From positions 782,627 to 846,626 of the forward strand of contig CAWGEI010000005.1 in NCBI GenBank assembly GCA_963821585.1: DNA of 64,000 nt, read 5' to 3'. The notes under the pieces are model-generated. The model saw nothing but the letters and a program-made list of their open reading frames with translations, made no database searches and was not told the DNA's origin. A program made the translations under genes and the position numbers. Origin of the DNA: an uncultured Acidobacteriota bacterium (GTDB lineage: Bacteria > Acidobacteriota > Thermoanaerobaculia > Gp7-AA8). Positions within the stretch are counted from its first letter, which is position 1. Each line of letters begins with the position of its first letter. Positions 32,678-41,061 of this stretch are shown one piece after another.

Positions 32678-32727
32678 TCTTTAGCTTTTTTTATCCTGGT
32701 TGCAAGCGGCCCGCAAATCACTCCAGG
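32678..32727 (-). promoter_or_regulatory. Candidate SAM-II-like pseudoknot riboswitch in the metH 5' leader
   Basis: Minus strand CCUGG-AGUGAUUUGCGGGCCGCUUGCAA-CCAGG-AUAAAAAAAGCUAAAG. This gives a P1 stem, a GAUUU loop, and loop GCUU able to pair with the 3' AAGC, as in the H-type SAM-II fold. From memory of the consensus only. Confidence 0.35.
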
Positions 32728-32787
32728 TCGGGCGAGGGTACGCCCGCGCTTTGCTGTTGTCAAACGGGGTCAGGCGCGGAGTGAATT

Positions 32788-33939
32788 ATGATCCTCGGGT
32801 CCATGACCACCGCGACCACCGACACCCCTATCACCCACACCGACCCCGTCAACGCGCAGATCCTTGCGGTGTCCGAGGATCGCATCCAGGGGTTTGTGCG
32901 CGACCCGTTCGGGGAGATCGCGCGGCTGGCGGGGATGGACGTCGAGCTGGTGATGGAGCGCATCCAGGCCATGCTGCGTGCCGGGACGATCCGGCGCGTG
33001 CGGCAGACGCTCATGGCCACGAACCTGGCGGAGGGCGCGCTCGTGGCGTGGCAGTATCCGAACGAGAAGCTCGATGCCGCGTTCGACTTCCTGTTCCAGC
33101 AGGATCCGTTCTCGGGGCACGTCGTCATCCGCTCGACGGATCCGGCGACGCCGGGGTCGAGCTATCGCCTCTGGACGACGGTGAAAGTCCCGCAGGGCTT
33201 CTCGGTCGAGAAGCATTGCACGTTTCTGGCGAAGCTCACCGGCGCGGAGCACTTCCGGGTCATGCCGGCCAAGCGGATCTTCGCGCTGGGCGTCGGACAC
33301 GTGCGCCGCAAGGGGATGGAGCCGGGCGAGAAGTCGGACGAGCTGGCGGAGGTCAAGGACACCGTCAAGGTCCAGCTGACGGACATCGAATGGCAGGTGC
33401 TGACGGCGCTGAAGCGCGAGCTCGAGCCCGAGGAAGTGCGCCGCGATCTGTGGGAGCGGCGCGCGGACGAAGCCGAGATGGTCGACGAGGTGTTCTATGC
33501 AGTCGCGGAGAACCTCAGCGCCCGCGGCGTCATCGGCCGCTTCTCGACGTTCCTCGAGCACGTGAAGCCGCTGCAGACGGGCGAGCGCGTGACGCGCTTC
33601 AACGCGCTCTTCCATTGGGCCGTTCCGCCGGGGCGGGAGATGGAGGCGGGACGCGAGGTTGGGCGCTTCCACATCCTCACGCACTGCTACTGGCGCGAGG
33701 GCGGCGCCGAGTTCCGCAACGTGAACATCATGGCCGTCGCGCACGGCACGGAGAAGGACGCCGTCCTCGCGCACAAGCGCGCCATCGACGAGCACCTGGA
33801 AAGCATCGGCATTCCGGTCTCCTACACGAACGTGTTCTGGGGCGGGCGCAGCGAGATCAAGCCGAGCGAGATCTCGCCGGCGGCGTATCGCGAGTGGTGT
33901 GCGTCTCGCGGCGTCGAAGCAGCCACCATGAAAGAGTGA
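32788..33939 (+). CDS. Two-module AsnC/Lrp-like protein resembling siroheme decarboxylase (NirDL/AhbAB family)
   Basis: Two repeats of wHTH plus ligand-like domain. The second half (GVIGRFSTFLEH...FNALFHWAVPP...ILTHCYWRE...NIMAVAHG) resembles the NirH/AhbB core pattern. Start is 32788 or 32803. Confidence 0.4.
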   Translation: MILGSMTTATTDTPITHTDPVNAQILAVSEDRIQGFVRDPFGEIARLAGMDVELVMERIQAMLRAGTIRRVRQTLMATNLAEGALVAWQYPNEKLDAAFDFLFQQDPFSGHVVIRSTDPATPGSSYRLWTTVKVPQGFSVEKHCTFLAKLTGAEHFRVMPAKRIFALGVGHVRRKGMEPGEKSDELAEVKDTVKVQLTDIEWQVLTALKRELEPEEVRRDLWERRADEAEMVDEVFYAVAENLSARGVIGRFSTFLEHVKPLQTGERVTRFNALFHWAVPPGREMEAGREVGRFHILTHCYWREGGAEFRNVNIMAVAHGTEKDAVLAHKRAIDEHLESIGIPVSYTNVFWGGRSEIKPSEISPAAYREWCASRGVEAATMKE

Positions 33940-35320
33940 TCGCGGCCAGCCACGGCACGACGGACAACGCGGAGCCGGGGCCGGTGAGCAGCTCGCCGAG
34001 GTTGAAGCTGGCCCATTCGGACTCGCGCGAGCCGGGCCTGTGCTTCTGGAACTGCAGCAGCTCGTCGGGCGCGATGCGGTTCGTCGACGTGTGGCCGGTG
34101 TAGAAGTCCGCCAGCCAGGGCGTCTTCCCGTCGCCGAGAGCGCGTCCCGTGAGCAGCGACGGCAGCGCGTAGCGTCCGATCGGATCGCGGAGGAGGTCGG
34201 GCGGCTGCGGATCGACGGCGGTGACGGCGAAGTTGAAGAAGAGCGAGACAGCGGCCAGGACGCGTGTGAGCAGCCGCGCGCGACCGTGCATCTCGATGAG
34301 GCCGAGGGCGAGGAGCGGCACGATCTGCAGGACGTACCGAGGGCCGGCGCTGTAGCCGCCGTGCCAGCCGTTGAAGGAAGCGTTGACGAGGAAGGTCAGC
34401 GCCGCGGCGACCGCGATCGTCCAGGCTTTCTGACGGACGATGCCGGTGACGGCGATCAGCATCAGCGGCGCGATGTAGAAGAGTCCGCGGTAGGGGGCGA
34501 AGGTGATGCCCCAGAGCGCGTCGAGCTTCGGAAGGGCGAAGACGCCCAGCCATCTGGCGTCGTCGAGGAAGGCGGGGTTGGTGGTGGCGATGGCGGTGCG
34601 GAAGGGCGAGCCGAAGGCGGCGTATTGGTAGGCCATCAGCGCGAGAGCGAAAGGCAGCCCGCCGAGGATGTACCGAACGTAGGGCGCGGCTTCAGCCCGC
34701 CCCCCGCGGGGAGGCGGGCTGAAGCCACGCCCTACATTGCCGAGCAGGAAAAGCACCGCCAGTGGCGCGCAGAGGTAGTTGATGAAGGTCGCCGCGCCGA
34801 TGGCGGCCCCCGCCAGCATCGGGCGTTTCCGCAGGTTCAGATACGCGAAGAGCACGAGCAGCGCTGCGGGGACGTGGGCGAAGAGCATCGTCGAGTAGGC
34901 GAAGAGCGGCGTGCCCAGGCCGGCGAGGAGGGCGATGTCCGGAGGCAGACCGCGGCTGCGCGCGGCCATCGCGAGCAGCACGCCGATCAGCGCACCGCTG
35001 ACGCCGCAGATCGCGACCGTGCAGAGGTACAGCGCGAGGTTCCATTCGATGGTGTTACGCGGCGCGCCGTGGATCGCGTAGAAGATCGCGTACGGCACCG
35101 CCGCCGCGAGCGCCAGTCCGGGCGCCTTGTTGGAGTACGTGTGCCCCGCGTGGAAGGAGACGTCCGCGGTGTTCGCGGCGTATTCGTCGATGTGGAGCTG
35201 CTGCCGCTCGACGAGCGCGCGGGTGAGGTCGAAGGTCGCGTTTTGATTGAAGCCGCTGCCGCCGAAAAAATACGCGTAGGAGAAGAGCAGCGTGAAGAAG
35301 ACGGCGACGCGTTCACGCAC
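33857..35320 (-). CDS. Polytopic membrane protein, GT-C-fold glycosyltransferase-like
   Basis: More than 10 hydrophobic helices. N-terminal loop HAGHTYSNKAPGLALAA is typical of ArnT/PMT-like enzymes. Contains hairpin repeat A2 in frame. The 3' end overlaps the convergent gene by 83 nt. Confidence 0.5.
   Translation of the reverse strand: MRERVAVFFTLLFSYAYFFGGSGFNQNATFDLTRALVERQQLHIDEYAANTADVSFHAGHTYSNKAPGLALAAAVPYAIFYAIHGAPRNTIEWNLALYLCTVAICGVSGALIGVLLAMAARSRGLPPDIALLAGLGTPLFAYSTMLFAHVPAALLVLFAYLNLRKRPMLAGAAIGAATFINYLCAPLAVLFLLGNVGRGFSPPPRGGRAEAAPYVRYILGGLPFALALMAYQYAAFGSPFRTAIATTNPAFLDDARWLGVFALPKLDALWGITFAPYRGLFYIAPLMLIAVTGIVRQKAWTIAVAAALTFLVNASFNGWHGGYSAGPRYVLQIVPLLALGLIEMHGRARLLTRVLAAVSLFFNFAVTAVDPQPPDLLRDPIGRYALPSLLTGRALGDGKTPWLADFYTGHTSTNRIAPDELLQFQKHRPGSRESEWASFNLGELLTGPGSALSVVPWLAAITLSWWLLRRRETHTTRDTPPARSRSA
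34677..34737. repeat. Family A hairpin repeat inside a CDS (copy 2)
   Basis: acgtagggcgcggcttcagcccgcc-ccccgcgggga-ggcgggctgaagccacgccctacat, translated as VGRGFSPPPRGGRAEAAPYV. Confidence 0.85.
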
Positions 35321-35335
35321 GCGTGCAGTTTATCG

Positions 35336-36949
35336 CTACGACGCGCTCTTGAACTCCACGCCGGCGTTTTCCTTCTGCGCGTAGTCCAGCTCCCAGTCTG
35401 ACGTGAACAACACGACCGCGTGGTCGTTGCTGTCGGTGGCGACGCGGGCGCGGGTCGGGAGGGTCATGCGCGCGACCTCGTCCACGTCGCGGTCGACCCA
35501 GCGCGCCAGCTTGTACGGCAGCGACGCCATGGTCGTCTCCACTCCGTATTCGGTCTCCAGCCGTGACGCGAGCACGTCGAACTGCAGCTCGCCGACGACG
35601 GCGAGGATCGGCTCGGAGCGGAGGCCGTCGTGGACGACGAAGACCTGCATCGCGCCTTCCTCCTCGAGCTGTGCGAGTCCCTTCTGGAACTGCTTCTGCC
35701 GCGTGACCTGCTTCGCGCGCAGGGTCGCGAAGTGCTCGGGGGCGAAGCGGGGGATGCGGTCGAACTCGATGGGCGTCTCCGAGGCGACGGTGTCGCCGAT
35801 CTGGAAGATGCCCGGGTTGACGAAGCCGATCACGTCGCCGGGATAGGCCTTCTCCACGCCCACGCGCTCCTGCGCGAACAGGCGGTGGGGGCGGGTCATG
35901 CGCACCTCGCGGCCGAGGCGGGCGTGGTGGACGAGCATGTCTTTCTCGAAGACGCCGGAGGTGATGCGCATGAACGCCAGGCGGTCGCGGTGGCGCTTGT
36001 CCATGTTCGCCTGGATCTTGAAGACGAAGCCGGTGAAGTTCGAATCGATCGGGTCGAGCTCGAAGTCCTCCCCTTTCGCCTTGGCGTGGCGCGGCGACGG
36101 CGGCGGAGCGAGCTCGATGACGGCGCGCAGGAACGGCTCGACGCCGAAGTTGTTCACGGCGCTGCCGAAGAAGACCGGGATGACCCGGCCATACTCGAAC
36201 TGCTTGCGGTCGAACTCCGCGCCCGCGCCGTCGAGGAGCTCCGCGGCGTCGCGCAGGTCCTGCCAGGCGGTGGGACCGATGGCGTCGGCGAGATGGGGAT
36301 CATCGAGGCCGCTGACCGTCATCGGCGCGACGGATGCGCCGTGCTTGGTCCGCTCGAAACGGAGGACCTGCTGGTTGCGGAGATCGAAGACGCCCTGGAA
36401 GGTCGGGCCGTCGCCGATCGGCCAGTTCATCGGCACGGCGTGGACCTTCAGCTCGCGCTCGATCTCGCTCAGCAGCTCGAGCGGATCCTTCGCCGGCTGG
36501 TCCATCTTGTTGACGAAGCAGAGGATGGGGATGTGCCGCATGCGGCAGACCTCGAAGAGCTTGCGCGTCTGCGGCTCGATGCCCTTGGCGCCGTCGAGGA
36601 CCATGACCGCGCTGTCGGTCGCGGCCAGCGTGCGGTAGGTGTCTTCGCTGAAGTCCTGGTGGCCGGGGGTGTCCAGCAGGTTGAGGACCGAGCCCTCGTA
36701 CTCGAACTGCAGCACGGTCGAGGTGATCGAGATGCCGCGCTCTGCTCGATCGCCATCCAGTCCGAGGTGGTGTGGCGCTGCTGCTTGCGCGCGCGGACCG
36801 AGCCCGGCCTCCTCGATGGCCCCGCCGTAGAGGAGGAGCTTCTCGGTGAGGGTGGTCTTGCCGGCGTCGGGGTGGGAAATGATGGCGAAGGTGCGGCGCC
36901 GGGCGACTTCGCGCTCGAGCTCGTCCACGGTCTCAGGAACAGCAGTCAT
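35336..36949 (-). CDS. prfC: Peptide chain release factor 3 (ORF intact but with an internal out-of-frame stretch)
   Basis: HPDAGKTTLTEK, DTPGHQDF, NKMD. Between ~36805 and ~36740 the annotated frame reads GLGPRAQAAAPHHLGLDGDRAE, while the +1 frame reads the expected SVRARKQQRHTTSDWMAIEQS. Confidence 0.9.
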   Translation of the reverse strand: MTAVPETVDELEREVARRRTFAIISHPDAGKTTLTEKLLLYGGAIEEAGLGPRAQAAAPHHLGLDGDRAERGISITSTVLQFEYEGSVLNLLDTPGHQDFSEDTYRTLAATDSAVMVLDGAKGIEPQTRKLFEVCRMRHIPILCFVNKMDQPAKDPLELLSEIERELKVHAVPMNWPIGDGPTFQGVFDLRNQQVLRFERTKHGASVAPMTVSGLDDPHLADAIGPTAWQDLRDAAELLDGAGAEFDRKQFEYGRVIPVFFGSAVNNFGVEPFLRAVIELAPPPSPRHAKAKGEDFELDPIDSNFTGFVFKIQANMDKRHRDRLAFMRITSGVFEKDMLVHHARLGREVRMTRPHRLFAQERVGVEKAYPGDVIGFVNPGIFQIGDTVASETPIEFDRIPRFAPEHFATLRAKQVTRQKQFQKGLAQLEEEGAMQVFVVHDGLRSEPILAVVGELQFDVLASRLETEYGVETTMASLPYKLARWVDRDVDEVARMTLPTRARVATDSNDHAVVLFTSDWELDYAQKENAGVEFKSAS

Positions 36950-36979
36950 GCGGCGGGCAGAACACAGGAGAGAGGTGGG

Positions 36980-37462
36980 TCAATCCCGCCGGTTGGAGCG
37001 CCGGCGTCCCACCGCGCGCAGTTTCGCGAGATCCGACAAGTCTTTCTGCCGGCCGGCGGCTTGTTTGTTTCGGAGAAGGGCGTTCCAGCCGAGAAGGTTT
37101 ACCGGTTGATCGTCCAGAATGGTTTCGACGCGTGTGTCCCAACCCGAATCGAAATCCACACCCGAGATTGAAGTGAGGATGTCGATGCGGTTAGGTGGCT
37201 GGCCGAGTTGCACGATTCGCCCGTCTTCGAGCAGGTCGTTCTCCGTAATCCCAAGGCCGCCGAATCCGAAGTCGTGGAGCACCGCGAGAACGCGGTGTAC
37301 GTTCACCGGTGTGGCGCGGATGAAGAAATCGATGTCGCCGGTGAAGCGTGGATGCCCATGGAAGGCCACGGCGTGTCCGCCGACCACGAGGTACTCAACG
37401 TGATGAGAGTTCAGTAATTCGATGAACTCTCTCAAATCGGTTTGCAGCTTCGCCAAGAGCAC
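36980..37462 (-). CDS. Nucleotidyltransferase-fold protein (MNT/AbiEii-like)
   Basis: VEYLVVGGHAVAFHGHPRFTGDIDFFI resembles the G-x-x...D-x-D NTase core. Lower GC than neighbours. The start is non-ATG (GTG 37462 or TTG 37435). Confidence 0.55.
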   Translation of the reverse strand: MLLAKLQTDLREFIELLNSHHVEYLVVGGHAVAFHGHPRFTGDIDFFIRATPVNVHRVLAVLHDFGFGGLGITENDLLEDGRIVQLGQPPNRIDILTSISGVDFDSGWDTRVETILDDQPVNLLGWNALLRNKQAAGRQKDLSDLAKLRAVGRRRSNRRD

Positions 37463-37589
37463 TCCGGTGCCGTTCCACCAGTTCCAGCAACATGTCGAGC
37501 CGCGCCTCGGGTGTCAGCTCCGCATAGAACTGGTCGTCGGCTTCGTCCGCATCTTCGAAACTCCGGAATTTCTGAACGACACGGTCCAC
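37395..37589 (-). CDS. Small acidic protein upstream of and overlapping the NTase gene (possible antitoxin-like partner or frameshifted N-terminus)
   Basis: 64-codon ORF with GTG start. Overlaps the NTase ORF by 41-68 nt in another frame. Confidence 0.35.
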   Translation of the reverse strand: MDRVVQKFRSFEDADEADDQFYAELTPEARLDMLLELVERHRSALGEAANRFERVHRITELSSR

Positions 37590-37628
37590 GGGATGACTTT
37601 AGCACGTCGTGCAGGACGTCGTCGGCGA

Positions 37629-38450
37629 TTACTGCCGTCGTTCGAACAGCCGCATCTCACTCGCGTACCGCTGTTCCTTCGGCGCGAGCTGTTTCGCGGC
37701 AATGTAGTGGGCCTGGGCGGCTTTGCGGTCGCCGAGCGCCTCGCAGATGGCTCCGAGGTTGAAGTGGAGGGCGGCGTTGCGGGGTTGCTGCCGGAGGGCC
37801 GCCACCCAGCGCTCCCGTGCCTCGGGGATGCGGCCGCTGTCGATGAGGGCCATGCCTTCGTCGAAGGCGGGGGCGGTCTCGTCGAGGGGGATCATTTCCT
37901 TCACCCGGCGCGGGGTGATGCGCTCGGCGGTGTCGACGGCGGCGTAGCGCGCGGCCTGCTGGAGGGCAATCTGGCGCTCTTCGTTGGTGATCTGCTCCAC
38001 GCGTGGGGACGTCCCTTCGCCTTTGCCGTAGAACGAGGAGACCCACTTCATCTCCTGCGACATCACGTCCACGCGGGCGCGGCAGACGGCGTCTTCCCAT
38101 TTCAACATCCGTTTGACGCGGTTGCCCTCGTAGTCGCGGGTGGAGCCTTCGCCTTCGCGGGTGACGGACTCGCAGGTGAAGGTCTTGATCACGAGGAAGA
38201 CGTCGGCCGGACCGGTGGCGGTGCGGGCGTCGCGGATACGATGGAAGCCCGAATCATTGGCCTGTTCGATGAAGTAATCGATGAAGGCCTCGATTTTCGG
38301 GGAGTCGCCGATGGCGTGGACGATGGCGACGTCGCGGTTGCGGCCGATGTCATGGACGGCGGGCAGCACGCGCTCGAACGCGATGCGGGGTGAGACCGCG
38401 AAGAGGAGCGGAGCCGTGAGGATCTGGAACAGCACGGCAAAGCAGCGCAT
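37629..38450 (-). CDS. Secreted protein with C-terminal TPR-like repeats
   Basis: Signal-like N-terminus MRCFAVLFQILTAPLLFA. C-terminus ALHFNLGAICEALGDRKAAQAHYIAAKQLAP. Confidence 0.5.
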   Translation of the reverse strand: MRCFAVLFQILTAPLLFAVSPRIAFERVLPAVHDIGRNRDVAIVHAIGDSPKIEAFIDYFIEQANDSGFHRIRDARTATGPADVFLVIKTFTCESVTREGEGSTRDYEGNRVKRMLKWEDAVCRARVDVMSQEMKWVSSFYGKGEGTSPRVEQITNEERQIALQQAARYAAVDTAERITPRRVKEMIPLDETAPAFDEGMALIDSGRIPEARERWVAALRQQPRNAALHFNLGAICEALGDRKAAQAHYIAAKQLAPKEQRYASEMRLFERRQ

Positions 38451-38472
38451 GGAGATGCGCTGATTTTAGCAG

Positions 38473-40881
38473 TCACTCGGCGCGAAGGGCGATGATCGGG
38501 TCGACGCGGCTGGCGCGCCGGGCGGGGATAGACGTCGCCGCGATGGCCACGATCACCATTGCCGCGACGGCAATGGCGATAGATAGCGGGTCGTTCGGCT
38601 CGATCCCGAAGATCATGCTCCGGACGTAGCGGGTGAGGGCGAGTGCCGCGGCGACGCCGGACGCCACACCCGCGAGGACGAGCACGAGCGAGCGGCGGAG
38701 CACGTCGAAGGCGATGTCCACGCCCTGCGCGCCGAGGGCGATGCGGACGCCGGTCTCACGGGTGCGTCCGTTCGCGATGTACGACATGAGGCCGTACAAG
38801 CCGATGCACGACAGGACGAGCGCCATGAGCCCGAAGAACGTCGACAGCCGCGCCATCGCGCGCTCCTGCCTCAGGGAATTGGAGATCTGGTCGGTCTGAC
38901 TCATGATGCCGACGAGCGGCACGTTCGGATCGATGCGCCGCACCGCATCCCGCACCGTCCCGATCAGCGCCTCGGGATCCCCTTTCGTGCGCACGACGAA
39001 CCCCATTCGTCCCACGCGATCGCGGCTCTGCGTGTACGGTGCGTACACCGTGGCCGGGGTGCCGTCGCGAAGCGAGGTGTAGATCGCGTCGGCGACGACG
39101 CCGACGATCTCCATCTCACCCGGTCGCTCCTTCGACGCGCTGATGCGCCGCCCGATCGGGTTCTGATTCGGGAAGTACTCGCGGGCGAGGGTCTGGTTGA
39201 TGAGTGCGACCTTGGCCCCCTTCTCGTCGTCCGCCGCCGTAATCCCGCGGCCCGCGATTACGGGGATGCGCATGGTCTTCAGGAAGTCCGCGCCGACGGT
39301 GTGCTTCAGGACGAACTCGCGGTCGCTCTTCGGCGCGCGTCCCTGGACGTGGATGGTCATCATCGACGACATCCCGCTGAGCAGGGTCTGCTGCGTGATG
39401 GCGGCGCTCTCGACACCGGGCAGCGCGCGGACGCGCTCGTCGACCGTGTCATAGAACTGGTTGAGCCGCTGGTCTTCGTAGCCGTTGAGCGTCGGGTCGA
39501 GCGCGAAGGTGAGGACGTGCTCCGGATCGAAGCCCGGGCGCTGCGCGTTCAGGTTCACGAGCGAGCGGAGGAAGAGGCCGCAGCCGATCATCATCACGAT
39601 CGACAGGGCGATCTGCACGATGGTCAGGGCGCTGGCGAAGCGGTTCCGTCCCGGCACGCGCGTGTCGTGGAAGATGTCGACGCGCGTCGCGCGCAGCGCG
39701 GGGACGAGGCTGAAGAGGATGCCGGTGAGGACGGCGATGAGGGTTGTGAAGAGCAGGACCTCGCCGTCGACGCGAACGTTGACGTCGATCGGCACGCCGT
39801 AGGTCGGCAGGATCGCTGGGACGATCGGACGGATCCAGTACGCGAGCGCCACGCCCGCCGCGCCGCCCATCAGCGACAGCGCCACGCCCTCCAGCAGCAA
39901 CTGGCGGATCAGCGCCGCGCGCGAGGCGCCGAGGGACATGCGTACGGCGATCTCCTTGCGGCGCGACATCGCGCGGGCGAGGCTCAGTCCCGCGACGTTC
40001 GCGCACGCCAGCAGCAGGACCAGGCCCACCGCGCCCATGAGGGTCAGCAGCGGCTCGCGCAGGTCCTGGCGGCTGTCGAACAGACCCCGCGCGCCCGGAA
40101 GCGCGGCGACGCTGATCTTCGTCGTGTCGACGTTCTGCTGGGTGAGCACCGAGGTCTCTGCGGCGACGCTCGCGAGCGTCGCGCCCGGTGCGCGGCGGCC
40201 GATGATGCAGACCCACCACAGGGTGGTGCTCGTCTTGTCTTTCCCGCCGATCGGCTGGATGACGTGCGGCGCGGCGCCGACGTCGAGCGTCCCTTCGAAA
40301 CTGCTCGGCTCCACGCCGACGATCATCACCGGCTTGCCGTTGACGGAGATGATGCGGCCGACCGCGTCGCGCGCGCCGCCGAAGCGCGTCTGCCAGTAGG
40401 CGTGGCTGATCATCGCCACGTCCTCGCCGTCGGCTGCCGTGAGCGTGCGCCCGAGAATGGCGTTCACGCCGAGGGCGGAGTAGTAATTGCCGGAGACCAT
40501 CGCGCCGCGGGCGATCGTCGCATCGCCCCCGACCGACACGTTGATCCGTTCGTTCCCGGCGAACGCCACCAGCGACGAGAGCGTCTTCGTGTTGCGCGCG
40601 AGGTACTCGTACGTCGGGTACGAGAACGAAGTGCTGCTCGCCTTTGGGCCGTCGAATGAGACGTTCCCGCTCAGCGACTCCGCGGGGAACTCGTCCGCCG
40701 TCCATTTCAGCAGGACGAGCGACTCCGGATCGCGCACCGCCAGCCGGTCGAGCAGGATCGTCTTCGCCACAGCGAACATCACGCTGTTCGCGCCGATGCC
40801 GAGGGCGAGGGAGAGGACCACCGTCAACGCGAAACCGGGCTGGCGGACGAGCGTGCGCGCGAAGAAGCGAAGGTGCAGCAT
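38473..40881 (-). CDS. ADOP-family duplicated FtsX/MacB-type ABC transporter permease
   Basis: MLHLRFFARTLVRQPGFALTVVLSLALGIGANSVMFAV N-terminus. Two MacB-periplasmic plus FtsX modules. C-terminal RASRVDPIIALRAE. Confidence 0.85.
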   Translation of the reverse strand: MLHLRFFARTLVRQPGFALTVVLSLALGIGANSVMFAVAKTILLDRLAVRDPESLVLLKWTADEFPAESLSGNVSFDGPKASSTSFSYPTYEYLARNTKTLSSLVAFAGNERINVSVGGDATIARGAMVSGNYYSALGVNAILGRTLTAADGEDVAMISHAYWQTRFGGARDAVGRIISVNGKPVMIVGVEPSSFEGTLDVGAAPHVIQPIGGKDKTSTTLWWVCIIGRRAPGATLASVAAETSVLTQQNVDTTKISVAALPGARGLFDSRQDLREPLLTLMGAVGLVLLLACANVAGLSLARAMSRRKEIAVRMSLGASRAALIRQLLLEGVALSLMGGAAGVALAYWIRPIVPAILPTYGVPIDVNVRVDGEVLLFTTLIAVLTGILFSLVPALRATRVDIFHDTRVPGRNRFASALTIVQIALSIVMMIGCGLFLRSLVNLNAQRPGFDPEHVLTFALDPTLNGYEDQRLNQFYDTVDERVRALPGVESAAITQQTLLSGMSSMMTIHVQGRAPKSDREFVLKHTVGADFLKTMRIPVIAGRGITAADDEKGAKVALINQTLAREYFPNQNPIGRRISASKERPGEMEIVGVVADAIYTSLRDGTPATVYAPYTQSRDRVGRMGFVVRTKGDPEALIGTVRDAVRRIDPNVPLVGIMSQTDQISNSLRQERAMARLSTFFGLMALVLSCIGLYGLMSYIANGRTRETGVRIALGAQGVDIAFDVLRRSLVLVLAGVASGVAAALALTRYVRSMIFGIEPNDPLSIAIAVAAMVIVAIAATSIPARRASRVDPIIALRAE

Positions 40882-40996
40882 GGCGCAGGGCTGGAGCGGG
40901 TTGTGTGCCGGGGGTAAGTTGTTGATTTTACAACCGTGTACGCGGATGAGGTGTGCGCGGGCGGGATGCGGCGTCCCAAGGGCGGACAGTGGCAAC

Positions 40997-41035
40997 GTTA
41001 AGTGTGGGTGGGGTCTGACCCCACCCACACTTAAC
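40997..41035. repeat. Perfect 17-bp-stem palindrome in a divergent promoter region
   Basis: gttaagtgtgggtgggg-tctga-ccccacccacacttaac, between the permease start (40881) and arcA start (41062). Confidence 0.8.
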
Positions 41036-41061
41036 GGGGCAACCTATAGAATCCGCCCCGC

